From NCBI GenBank assembly GCA_900554085.1, contig USGA01000001.1, positions 1-27,912 on the forward strand: DNA of 27,912 nt, given 5' to 3'. A program made the translations under genes and the position numbers. This DNA is from an uncultured Clostridia bacterium (GTDB taxonomy: Bacteria; Bacillota; Clostridia; Christensenellales; CAG-917). Under the pieces are notes generated by a model. That model was given only the letters and a program-made list of their open reading frames with translations. It was not told where the DNA came from and searched no databases. This document shows positions 1 through 8,435 of this stretch, one piece after another; the first letter of the stretch is position 1; each line of letters begins with the position of its first letter.

Positions 1-17
1 TAAAACGGAGAGAAAAA

Positions 18-236
18 ATGATAAGGTACGCAAACAAAAGCGGTTATTCGGACGTGAACGGTTTTATGCTGGGCAAAAATTTTATAAGAGTGCAGTTCAA
101 CGACGGGCTGATACGCACCTACAACTACCGCACGGCGGGAGAGCAGAATGTGGAGAATATGAAAAGCCTCGCGCTGAAAGGCGAGGGGCTGGGGACTTAC
201 ATTTTTCATCATACCGCCTACCGCTACGTAAAATAA
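18..236 (+). CDS. Small hypothetical protein, KTSC-like domain
   Basis: 72 aa; RBS GGAG upstream; pattern Y.N.SG.S.V..F..G...I.V.F.DG..Y.Y...AG...VE.MK.LA..GEGL.TYI resembles small KTSC-like proteins (recognised from memory, no search run). Confidence 0.6.
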   Translation: MIRYANKSGYSDVNGFMLGKNFIRVQFNDGLIRTYNYRTAGEQNVENMKSLALKGEGLGTYIFHHTAYRYVK

Positions 237-237
237 A

Positions 238-256
238 CGCCGCGTATCACGCGGCG
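238..256. terminator. Hairpin between convergent genes
   Basis: CGCCGCGT-atc-ACGCGGCG perfect 8-bp stem between the stop codons at 236 and 263. Confidence 0.55.
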
Positions 257-262
257 GTCGGT

Positions 263-829
263 TCAGTCGACGGTTTTTATTATTTTTGCGGGCACGCCGC
301 CCACCACCGTGCGCGGCGGTACGTCCTTGGTTACCACCGCTCCCGCGGCCACGACCGCGCCGTCGCCTACCGTCACACCCGCGAGAACGGTCGCGTGCGA
401 GCCTATCCAAGCGCCTTTTCCTATTACTATGGGCGCCGCCTGCATACTCGCGCGTTTTTCGGGCGCAAGGTCGTGGTTGAGTGTGGCAAGCACCACCTGA
501 TGACCGATGAGCGCGTTGTCTCCCACGGTTATGCCGCCCTGGTCCTGGAAGCAGCAGCCCGAGTTGATAAACACGTTTTTGCCTACGCGTATGTTTTTGC
601 CGCAGTCGGTATAAAATGGCGGAAACATTCTGAACGACGGGTCCACGTCGCTTTCCGTCAATTCCGAAAACAGCGCGACGATTTCTTCCGCGGTGCGGTA
701 TTGCCCGTTGATGAGCGAAGTTATGCGCCGCGCCTCGTCCGCATAGCGGTGGAAAGCCTCGTGCACTTCCGAGTTGCCTTCTATGTACGGTCTTGTCGCC
801 ATATAATTTCTGAATTCTTCCGTCGTCAT
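263..829 (-). CDS. Sugar O-acetyltransferase (maltose/galactoside acetyltransferase family, hexapeptide repeat)
   Basis: [59 protein letters not shown] motifs; start set at ATG 829 (MTTEEF) because GGGAG RBS precedes it. Confidence 0.9.
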   Translation of the reverse strand: MTTEEFRNYMATRPYIEGNSEVHEAFHRYADEARRITSLINGQYRTAEEIVALFSELTESDVDPSFRMFPPFYTDCGKNIRVGKNVFINSGCCFQDQGGITVGDNALIGHQVVLATLNHDLAPEKRASMQAAPIVIGKGAWIGSHATVLAGVTVGDGAVVAAGAVVTKDVPPRTVVGGVPAKIIKTVD

Positions 830-933
830 AATAACTCCCGTTGCATTGTGCGTATGCAATTTTACACCCGATTGCGCAATCCGTAAACCCTTTTAGTTGC
901 GGTGGCGGGGAGTGCGCAAGCCCGCGGGAAAAG

Positions 934-966
934 AAAACAACCGCAACGTCACGTTGCGGTTGTTTT
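934..966 (-). terminator. Intrinsic terminator downstream of tRNA-Ala
   Basis: AAAACAACCGCAACG-tca-CGTTGCGGTTGTTTT perfect 15-bp inverted repeat abutting the tRNA CCA end. Confidence 0.8.
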
Positions 967-1041
967 GGTGGAGACGAGGGGACTCGAACCCCTGACCTAT
1001 GCGTTGCGAACGCATCGCTCTACCACCTGAGCCACGCCCCC
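966..1041 (-). tRNA. tRNA-Ala, anticodon CGC
   Basis: Reverse complement GGGGGCGTGGCTCAGGTGGTAGAGCGATGCGTT-CGC-AACGCATAGGTCAGGGGTTCGAGTCCCCTCGTCTCCACCA: 76-nt cloverleaf, G3:U70 Ala identity pair, A discriminator, encoded CCA. Confidence 0.97.
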
Positions 1042-1052
1042 ACGGCTTCCGC

Positions 1053-1081
1053 ATTATAGCACGACGGCGGGGAATGTACAA
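1053..1081 (-). promoter_or_regulatory. Sigma-A promoter of tRNA-Ala
   Basis: TTGTAC-17 bp-TATAAT on the minus strand, 11 bp upstream of the tRNA 5' end. Confidence 0.7.
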
Positions 1082-1246
1082 GCGTTTTTATGAATAATTC
1101 GCATTTGCGGTGCGAGCACGGGAACGGCGTGCGTTAAAGAAGTATTAAAAATTTGCGCGCGCACCCCTCATTTGTATTGCGCGCGGGCGAGCACGTGTGA
1201 TATCATAACTATGACTACGCGCGTTGTGTGCGCAAGGGAGACGAAT

Positions 1247-3016
1247 ATGGCCGCAAAAGCAAGTGCAAAAGATAAGCCTGTCAAAGACCTGTCTTACCGC
1301 AATTCGCCCGACTACGTGCCCACCAAGGAAAAACTGGCCTACGGGTGCGGTGCGTTTATGGACGGCGGCGGCGTCGCGCTGATGTCCTGCGTGATGCTGA
1401 AATATATGACCAACAACGGCATTGCCGTTGCGGCGGCGTCCACGATAATGCTCGTCGCGAAATTCTGGGACGCCATAACCGACCCGGTTATGGGATTCAT
1501 CTCGGACAACACCCGCGGCAAGTGGGGGCGCAGAAAACCGTATATGTTCTTCGGCGGTATCCTGCTTATCCTGGGTATATTCCTTCTGTTTATGCCCGTG
1601 CGCGACTGGGGAATGTCCATAGCGGGATTTACGGCGTACATCATAGTGATGTATTTGCTCTGGAACACTTTCTCCACGATAACGATGGTGCCGTACTGTT
1701 CGATGTCGAGCGACATATCTCCGTCGTTCAAGGAGCGCAACAACGCAAATACGGTAAAACTGGTGTTCAACGCCGCGGCAAGCGGTCTTGCGTACGTTCT
1801 GCCGTTGCTCTTCCTCGACGCCTGGTCAAAGCCCGACGGGTATCTTTTCCTTCCCAATCTTACTTCCACTGAATTCTGGCTTGCGATAGCGATAGTGTTC
1901 GGCGTTCTTTTCGGCGGCGGGCTTATTGTGTGCGGACTGTTTGTCAAAGAACGCATAAAAGCCACGGCCACCAAGGAAAAATTCGACGGCAAACAGTTCG
2001 TCAAGAACTATGCCGAGCCTTATAAGAACCGCTCTTACCGCTGGCACATCGTTATGTATGTGTCGGCGTTCATCTGCCTCGATATGATTTCCGCGCTCGC
2101 CGCCTACTATGCGACGGACGTGTGGCACGGGTATACGCTTTTCGGCAAGGATATGTCCTCGCTCTTCATAGTCGCGCCTCTTATGGTGGCGGCGGTGTGT
2201 ATGTTCCCGCTCGCCCGCTGGGTTATGGACAAGAAGAGCAAGCAGTTTGCTTTCAGAATGGGACTTCCTTGCTATATTGTGGCGGGTATTCTGATGTGCG
2301 TTATGGACCCCACGTGGACGCCTCCCATTCTGGTGCCTATCGTGGCGTTCCTTATGGGACTCGGATTCGGCGGCGCGCAGATGATGCCGTGGATAATCTT
2401 CCCCGACACCGTCGATGTCGCGCAGATGGCGACGGGCGAACGCCCCACGGGTACCTACAGCGGAATGATGACTCTTGCCCGCAAGACAGCGGGCGCAATC
2501 GGCGTCGGTCTCATCGGCTGGATACTCGACCCCATAGGTTACAAGTCCAACGACACGGGCGACCCCGCGCAATACATCCCGCAGACGGAAGAAGTGCTGC
2601 TCGCGATTCGTCTGCTTATGGGGCTGGCGATAGTGGTGTTCATATCCGTTGCGCTGTGGGCTTCGTTCAACTATAAGATTACCAACAAGAAACTCGCCCG
2701 CGTGCGTTACTTCATCGAGGCGCGCAAGAACGGCACCGTGCTTTCCGAAGAGGAAGAAGCGGAGCGCACCGCGCTCGTTCACGAACTTTACGGCAAGACC
2801 GACCCCGGCGGCTATCCTCCCACGGTCGCGGCAGGCGACGGGGAAACCGTTGCCGAGGGCGACGTGCCCGAGGCGGCGTTCGGCGTGGAAGCGGAGAAGG
2901 AAGTCGAGGAATCCGACGGCGAAGTGTTCGTCGAAACGGCGGAGGAGACCGCCGAAACGGTTGAGACCGACGGCGCGGCGACGGAGACCGACGAAGGCTC
3001 GGACGGAGAAAAATGA
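1247..3016 (+). CDS. MFS transporter, glycoside-pentoside-hexuronide (MelB-like) family, with acidic C-terminal tail
   Basis: WDAITDPVMGFISDNTRGKWGRRKPY signature, many hydrophobic helices, PDTVD..G.R..G.YSG motif; start at ATG 1247 after AAGGGAG. Confidence 0.9.
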   Translation: MAAKASAKDKPVKDLSYRNSPDYVPTKEKLAYGCGAFMDGGGVALMSCVMLKYMTNNGIAVAAASTIMLVAKFWDAITDPVMGFISDNTRGKWGRRKPYMFFGGILLILGIFLLFMPVRDWGMSIAGFTAYIIVMYLLWNTFSTITMVPYCSMSSDISPSFKERNNANTVKLVFNAAASGLAYVLPLLFLDAWSKPDGYLFLPNLTSTEFWLAIAIVFGVLFGGGLIVCGLFVKERIKATATKEKFDGKQFVKNYAEPYKNRSYRWHIVMYVSAFICLDMISALAAYYATDVWHGYTLFGKDMSSLFIVAPLMVAAVCMFPLARWVMDKKSKQFAFRMGLPCYIVAGILMCVMDPTWTPPILVPIVAFLMGLGFGGAQMMPWIIFPDTVDVAQMATGERPTGTYSGMMTLARKTAGAIGVGLIGWILDPIGYKSNDTGDPAQYIPQTEEVLLAIRLLMGLAIVVFISVALWASFNYKITNKKLARVRYFIEARKNGTVLSEEEEAERTALVHELYGKTDPGGYPPTVAAGDGETVAEGDVPEAAFGVEAEKEVEESDGEVFVETAEETAETVETDGAATETDEGSDGEK

Positions 3017-4035
3017 AAGCGGAATTTTTGCGCGGCGAAGAATGTACGGCGATAAGAATGGCGGAGGGCAGGCCTTTCCGCATTCTGCAACTCACCGACA
3101 TTCACATCGGAGGAGGGTGGCTGAGCCGTAAAAAGGACAGACTTGCCCTCGACGCCGTCGAAAAAGTCGTACGGGCGGCGCAGGCGGACTTCGTCGTGGT
3201 GACGGGAGATATGGTGTACCCGATGTTTATGTTTTCGGGAACGAGCAACAATCTCAAAGCCACCAGGATGTTCGCCGAGAAAATGGAAAGCCTCGGCGTA
3301 CCGTGGACCTGCGTCTTCGGCAACCACGACGAGGAGCCCATTGCTTTTTACAAAAAAGAGAGATTAGCCGACTATTACGAGACGTTAAAGTACTGTTTCT
3401 TCAGAAAGGGCGACAAGAATCTCACGGGCGTCGGCAATCACTATTTCCGCCTGGAGAAGGCGGACGGCACGCTCAATATGCTGCTGATGATGATAGACAG
3501 CAACAATTACGTGGGCAAAGGATTTTTCAGCGGTTTCGACGTCATACACGACGACCAGTTAGACTGGTACGAGAAGACCGTGCTTGAAAACTCCGCAGAC
3601 GGCAACGTGGTTCCGTCGCTGGCGTTCTTCCATATCCCGCCCGCCGAATTCAAGGAAGGCTGGGAGAAATGTTACCGCGGCGACCCCGCCGCAACTTATC
3701 GGCTCGGTTTCGTCGGCGAGAAGGACAATTATTTCGGGTACGCAAAGACCAAGAAAGGCAATTTTGTCGAGCGTATGGAGAAACTCGGCAGTTGCAAAGG
3801 GTTCTTTGTCGGGCACGACCACCTCAACACTCTCAGCATCGACTACAGAGGTATGCGTATGACGTACGGTATGAGCATCGACTACATCGCGTACGTCGGT
3901 TGGCTGGGACAGATTCCCACCGCAAAGTGCAGGACGCAGCGCGGCGGTACGGTGGTGGACATAAACGAAGACGGCTCGTTCGAGATATCGTTGCTGCCGC
4001 TTACGGACATAGAGGCCGCGGAAAAGGCCGAGTGA
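3013..4035 (+). CDS. Calcineurin-like metallophosphoesterase (Dcr2/PAP-like)
   Basis: LTDIH, TGD, FGNHD, FFHIP, GHDHLN motifs; ATGA overlap with the transporter stop. Confidence 0.88.
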   Translation: MKAEFLRGEECTAIRMAEGRPFRILQLTDIHIGGGWLSRKKDRLALDAVEKVVRAAQADFVVVTGDMVYPMFMFSGTSNNLKATRMFAEKMESLGVPWTCVFGNHDEEPIAFYKKERLADYYETLKYCFFRKGDKNLTGVGNHYFRLEKADGTLNMLLMMIDSNNYVGKGFFSGFDVIHDDQLDWYEKTVLENSADGNVVPSLAFFHIPPAEFKEGWEKCYRGDPAATYRLGFVGEKDNYFGYAKTKKGNFVERMEKLGSCKGFFVGHDHLNTLSIDYRGMRMTYGMSIDYIAYVGWLGQIPTAKCRTQRGGTVVDINEDGSFEISLLPLTDIEAAEKAE

Positions 4036-4091
4036 TACGACAATAAAGGAAATGCCCCGCATTGCGGGTTGAATTTTATCGGAGGCAAACA

Positions 4092-5471
4092 ATGAAAATC
4101 GGTTTTACTGAAACTGTACTGCGCGACGCCAACCAATCGCTTATAGCGACGCGTCTGCCGTACGAGAAATTTGCGGATATCCTGCCCGTTATGGACAAGG
4201 CGGGATATTACAGTGTGGAGTGCTGGGGCGGCGCCGTGTTCGACTGCTGTCTCCGCTATCTCGACGAGGACCCGTGGGAAAGACTCCGCAAACTGCGCAA
4301 GGCTATGCCCAACACCAAGTTGCAGATGTTGCTCCGCGGACAGAACCTGCTCGGCTACAAACATTATCCCGACGAAATCGTCAGGAAGTTCGTTGCGAAG
4401 TCGGTGGAAAACGGTATCGATATCATTCGCATATTCGACGCGCTCAACGACCTGCGCAACATCGAAGTCGCGACCGACGAAGCGCTGAAGCGCGGTGCGA
4501 CGGTGTCCGGCGCAATCAGTTACACCCAGTCGCCCGTGCACACTCTCGAAGCCTTTGCGAAACTTGCGAAGGATATGGAGAGTATGGGCGTTTCCACCAT
4601 ATGCATCAAGGATATGGCAGGCGTTATGAGCCCGCAGGAAGCGTTTGACCTTGTGTCGGCAATCAAGAAGAGCGTCAAACTTCCCGTCGTCGTTCACACC
4701 CATTGCACCACGGGTCTGGCGTTTATGACCTGCCTCAAGTCCGTCGAAGCGGGTGCCGACGTCATCGACACCGCCACGTCCTGCTTCAGCGGCGGCAGTT
4801 CCCAGCCCGCGACCGAGACTCTCAATTACGCGCTCGGTCAACTCGGTTACGAGACCGGCCTCGACAGCGCGGTTCTCAAAGAGGTCAACGATTTCTTCAA
4901 ACCCATTCGCGACGAATATCTCAAGAGCGGCAAACTCAATCCCAAAATGCTTGCCACCGACACCGACGCGCTCAACTACAAAGTTCCCGGCGGTATGCTT
5001 TCCAACCTCGTGGCGCAACTCACGGCGCAGAACGCTATGGACAAGTTCGAAGAAGTGCTCGTCGAGACTCCCAAGGTGCGCGCGGACCTCGGTTATCCGC
5101 CGCTCGTCACTCCTATGAGTCAGATGGTGGGCGTTCAGGCGACCGCCAACGTGCTTGCGGGTGAGCGCTACAAGAACATTTCCAAGGAAGTCAAGGCGTA
5201 TTGCCGCGGCGAATACGGCAATCCTCCCGGAAAGATAGACCCCGAAGTGCTGAAGACCGTTCTCGGCGACGAGAAACCCATCAAGGGGCGCTACGCCGAC
5301 ACCCTCGAACCCGTCTTCGACAAGACCAAAGAGGAACTCAAGGGCGTTGCCAAGAGCGACGAGGACGTGCTGTCCTACATTATGTTCCCGCAAGTCACCG
5401 AAAAGTACTTTGCGGCACGCAAAGCCAAGGAAGAAAAAGTCGTGCGTTACACCATCGCACCGATGGACTGA
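4092..5471 (+). CDS. oadA: Oxaloacetate decarboxylase alpha / pyruvate carboxylase B-type carboxyltransferase
   Basis: LRDANQSLIATR, ECWGGA.FD, LQMLLRGQNLLGY, IKDMAG, HTHCTTG, PGGMLSNL, LGYPPLVTP; GGAGG RBS before ATG 4092; no fused biotin domain. Confidence 0.92.
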   Translation: MKIGFTETVLRDANQSLIATRLPYEKFADILPVMDKAGYYSVECWGGAVFDCCLRYLDEDPWERLRKLRKAMPNTKLQMLLRGQNLLGYKHYPDEIVRKFVAKSVENGIDIIRIFDALNDLRNIEVATDEALKRGATVSGAISYTQSPVHTLEAFAKLAKDMESMGVSTICIKDMAGVMSPQEAFDLVSAIKKSVKLPVVVHTHCTTGLAFMTCLKSVEAGADVIDTATSCFSGGSSQPATETLNYALGQLGYETGLDSAVLKEVNDFFKPIRDEYLKSGKLNPKMLATDTDALNYKVPGGMLSNLVAQLTAQNAMDKFEEVLVETPKVRADLGYPPLVTPMSQMVGVQATANVLAGERYKNISKEVKAYCRGEYGNPPGKIDPEVLKTVLGDEKPIKGRYADTLEPVFDKTKEELKGVAKSDEDVLSYIMFPQVTEKYFAARKAKEEKVVRYTIAPMD

Positions 5472-5483
5472 CGGAGGTGAGTT

Positions 5484-5876
5484 ATGGGACTTAGCGGAGG
5501 AGAAATCAGCATTCTCGACGCGCTGATAATCTCGGTTATAGGTATGCTCATCGTTTTCGCCGTGCTCATCATTCTTATGGCGGTGGTTATGCTTATGGGG
5601 TTGATTGCGGACAAGTCGCCGGCACTCGCCGCAAAAATGCCCAAAATCCGCTTCAAAAAGAAGAAGCAGGCGGAGGAGGGCGGCGAGGCCGCTCCCGCCG
5701 AACTCGCGCCCGGCACTTGCGGAGAACTCGTTCTCGTCAAAACCGAAGAGCGCGACGCGGCAATGATTATGGCAATAGTCGCCGATACCCTCGGCACGCC
5801 GCTCAACGAACTCAGGTTCAAGAGCATAAAGAGAGTGGACGGCGAAGACGCCGCAACAGACAAAGCGGAGGATTGA
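5484..5876 (+). CDS. OadG-family (gamma/delta) subunit of Na+-transporting decarboxylase
   Basis: Single N-terminal TM (GMLIVFAVLIIL), linker, AAMIMAIVA C-terminal motif; position in operon. Confidence 0.8.
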   Translation: MGLSGGEISILDALIISVIGMLIVFAVLIILMAVVMLMGLIADKSPALAAKMPKIRFKKKKQAEEGGEAAPAELAPGTCGELVLVKTEERDAAMIMAIVADTLGTPLNELRFKSIKRVDGEDAATDKAED

Positions 5877-5879
5877 AGT

Positions 5880-6278
5880 ATGATTTACAAAGTTACGCTC
5901 AACGGCAAAATATACGAAGTCGAAGTTGAAAAAGGCGAGGCTATGATTCGCGCAGAATATGACGCGGCGGCACCCGTTGCTCCCGCTCCCGCGGCTCCTG
6001 CGGCACCCGTCGCAGCCGCTCCCGTCGCCGCTCCTGCGGCGGCACCCGCTCCCGTAGCGGCAGGAGAAGGCGTCGTGCAGTCTCCTATGCCCGGCAATAT
6101 CAACGCAGTCAAGTTCTCTGCAGGGCAGAGCGTCAAGGCGGGCGACGTCATCATCATTCTCGAAGCGATGAAGATGGAAAACGAAATCGTTGCTCCCAAA
6201 GCGGGCACGCTCAAGGGCGTGTTCGTCACCAAGGGTGCGACGGTCAACACGGGCGACGCCCTGTTTGAGATTGCTTGA
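5880..6278 (+). CDS. Biotin carboxyl carrier protein of the decarboxylase
   Basis: YKVTLNGKIYEVEVE N-terminus, Ala/Pro linker, SPMPG and EAMKMENEI biotinylation motif. Confidence 0.95.
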   Translation: MIYKVTLNGKIYEVEVEKGEAMIRAEYDAAAPVAPAPAAPAAPVAAAPVAAPAAAPAPVAAGEGVVQSPMPGNINAVKFSAGQSVKAGDVIIILEAMKMENEIVAPKAGTLKGVFVTKGATVNTGDALFEIA

Positions 6279-6287
6279 GAGGGCACT

Positions 6288-7469
6288 ATGGACTGGGGCG
6301 AAACCTTTGAATTCTTGTGGAAGTCCACGGGCTTTGCCAACATCACGTGGGGCAACGTGGTGATGATAGTGCTTGCCTGTTTCTTCCTCTTTCTCGGTAT
6401 CAAAAAGAAGTTCGAGCCGTTGCTCCTCGTCGGCATCGCTTTCGGTATGCTGATAAGCAACCTGCCCGTTGACAATATCACTTCCACTCCTCTTTACCAC
6501 CCCGAATGGTGGACGGTGCAGGAAGTCGACTACGTCAACGTGTTGCAGCACGGCGGACTCATCGACATTCTCTACATCGGCGTCAAGACCAGCGTGTATC
6601 CCTGCCTCATCTTCCTCGGCGTGGGCGCGATGACGGACTTCGAGCCGCTGCTGTCCAACCCGAAATCGTTGCTGCTCGGTGCGGCGGCGCAGTTCGGCAT
6701 CTACGTGGCGTTCTTCCTCGCGGTGTGCTTCGGATTCACCGGTCCCGAGGCGGCGTCCATAGGTATTGTCGGCGGCGCGGACGGCCCGACGGCAATCTGG
6801 CTTGCAAAGACGCTGGCTCCTCATCTGCTTGCCGCAATCGCAATCGCGGCTTACTCCTATATGGCGCTCATTCCCGTCATTCAGCCCCCGCTTATGCGTC
6901 TGATGACCACCAAGAAAGAGCGCGCCATAGTTATGAAGCCCACCCGCAAAGTCACCAAGGCGGAGAAGATACTGTTCCCGATAGTGGTTATCATCGCCAC
7001 CTGTCTCTTCCTGCCCTCCGTCGCTCCCTTGCTCGGCTGCCTTATGCTCGGCAACCTGCTCAAGGAATCGGGCGTGACGGCAAGACTTTCCGACACGGCG
7101 CAGAACGCGATGATGAACATCGTCACCATACTGCTTTCCGTCTCTGTCGGTGCGACGGCGCACTTCAGCACCTTCCTCACCACCCAGACACTTATGATAG
7201 TTGCGCTCGGTCTGCTGGCGTTCGTGTTCGCCACCGTCGGCGGTCTCGGCATCGGCAAACTTATGTGCTGGCTCAGCAAGGGCAAAATCAATCCCCTTAT
7301 CGGCTCGGCGGGCGTGTCTGCAGTGCCTATGGCGGCGCGAGTGTCCAACACCGTCGGTCTGAAGTACAAGCCGGGCAACTATCTGCTTATGCACGCAATG
7401 GGACCCAATGTCGCCGGCGTTATCGGTTCGGCAGTCGCTGCGGGCTTCCTGATGGCCGTGTTCAGTTGA
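6288..7469 (+). CDS. oadB: Na+-translocating decarboxylase beta subunit
   Basis: FEPLLL, GVGAMTDF, GIVGGADGPT, AAYSYMAL, GSAGVSAVPMAARV, LMHAMGPNVAGVIGSA. Confidence 0.95.
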   Translation: MDWGETFEFLWKSTGFANITWGNVVMIVLACFFLFLGIKKKFEPLLLVGIAFGMLISNLPVDNITSTPLYHPEWWTVQEVDYVNVLQHGGLIDILYIGVKTSVYPCLIFLGVGAMTDFEPLLSNPKSLLLGAAAQFGIYVAFFLAVCFGFTGPEAASIGIVGGADGPTAIWLAKTLAPHLLAAIAIAAYSYMALIPVIQPPLMRLMTTKKERAIVMKPTRKVTKAEKILFPIVVIIATCLFLPSVAPLLGCLMLGNLLKESGVTARLSDTAQNAMMNIVTILLSVSVGATAHFSTFLTTQTLMIVALGLLAFVFATVGGLGIGKLMCWLSKGKINPLIGSAGVSAVPMAARVSNTVGLKYKPGNYLLMHAMGPNVAGVIGSAVAAGFLMAVFS

Positions 7470-7476
7470 GGCGGGA

Positions 7477-8301
7477 ATGCGCGATTACAGCATTTATTAC
7501 GCGAAAGAGCAAGGCAGGCGACTGCCTTGCTTTTGCTTTGACAGCGTAAGTTCCACAAACGACGTCGCCAAAACGCTGTTGCACCGCGGCAAATGCGGCG
7601 AAGACGCGTTTGCGGTGCTTGCGGCGGAGCAGTGTTCCGGCAGGGGAAGAATGGGGCGCACTTTCGTTTCTCCGCGCGGAAAAGGCATTTATATGACCCT
7701 GGTGCGCAAGGCGGGCAACGTCGCAGACGTAAGTCCCGCGGGCTGTTTCTCCGCGCTTGCGGTATGCGATTTGCTTGGGCAGGTTTTCGGTCTGGACTGC
7801 ACCCTGAAGTGGCCCAACGACGTGCTGGCAGGCGGCAAAAAGATATGCGGAATACTGCCCGAAAGCGTGGTCGCGGCGAATGGTGAAAGATATGTGCTGA
7901 TAGGCACGGGAATAAATGTCCTTACCGACGAAACAGACCTGGGGGATTTGCAGGAAATTGCAACATCTGTGCTTTTAGAGACCGAAAAAGGCAGCATTAA
8001 CCTTTCGTTTTGCGGAAATACCGCAAAAGCCATCAGAAGACTCGGCGGGGTGTTGGCGCTCGGAACGGACGAAATAGTGCGGCGTTTTCTTGCGGGCGAC
8101 GAAGACCTTGCGGGCGAGTATTCGGAGAGGCTGTCCACGATAGGAAAGGAAGTCGGGTTCTCGGGAGAAGACGGAGCCGCGCTGACGGGAAAAGCCGTCG
8201 GCGTTACGTCCGACGCCGCATTGCAGGTGTATGTGAACGGTGTTATGCATACGGTCCGTTGGGGAGAGGTCACCTCGCAACCCGAAGTCCGCAGGAATTA
8301 A
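7477..8301 (+). CDS. birA: Biotin--protein ligase lacking an N-terminal HTH
   Basis: SSTN, Q.SGRGRMGR.F.SP, LKWPND, KKICGIL motifs. Confidence 0.9.
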   Translation: MRDYSIYYAKEQGRRLPCFCFDSVSSTNDVAKTLLHRGKCGEDAFAVLAAEQCSGRGRMGRTFVSPRGKGIYMTLVRKAGNVADVSPAGCFSALAVCDLLGQVFGLDCTLKWPNDVLAGGKKICGILPESVVAANGERYVLIGTGINVLTDETDLGDLQEIATSVLLETEKGSINLSFCGNTAKAIRRLGGVLALGTDEIVRRFLAGDEDLAGEYSERLSTIGKEVGFSGEDGAALTGKAVGVTSDAALQVYVNGVMHTVRWGEVTSQPEVRRN

Positions 8302-8328
8302 ATCGACACGTGTCGGGCAAATTGGCAC

Positions 8329-8357
8329 TTGTTTTTGATTCTGCGGAAGGATATAAT
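8329..8357 (+). promoter_or_regulatory. Putative sigma-A promoter of the SGNH lipoprotein gene
   Basis: TTGTTT-17 bp-TATAAT; AGGAGG RBS before ATG 8436. Confidence 0.5.
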
Positions 8358-8435
8358 TGGCTTGTCGATATGCGCGCGTAAAACGCGCGGGACGGGTGGG
8401 TGCGTTTGCGCCCGAAGAGAGTATAAGGAGGAATT

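Noticed and set aside
861..890. TTTACACCCGA and GGGTTTAC shared between the acetyltransferase and nitroreductase (16478-16523) upstream regions
   Set aside because: Different spacing and opposite orientation relative to the genes; too short to support a common operator.
5960..6062. GC-rich quasi-repeats in the biotin carrier gene
   Set aside because: Ordinary Ala/Pro linker of biotin carboxyl carrier proteins.
3882..7394. 1170-aa minus-strand ORF and many other long overlapping ORFs (e.g. 1826-2782, 8298-9389, 9393-10400, 10956-11945, 12005-12955, 15482-16522)
   Set aside because: Shadow frames antisense to, or out of frame with, well-supported genes; expected from GC-rich codon bias; no recognisable motifs.
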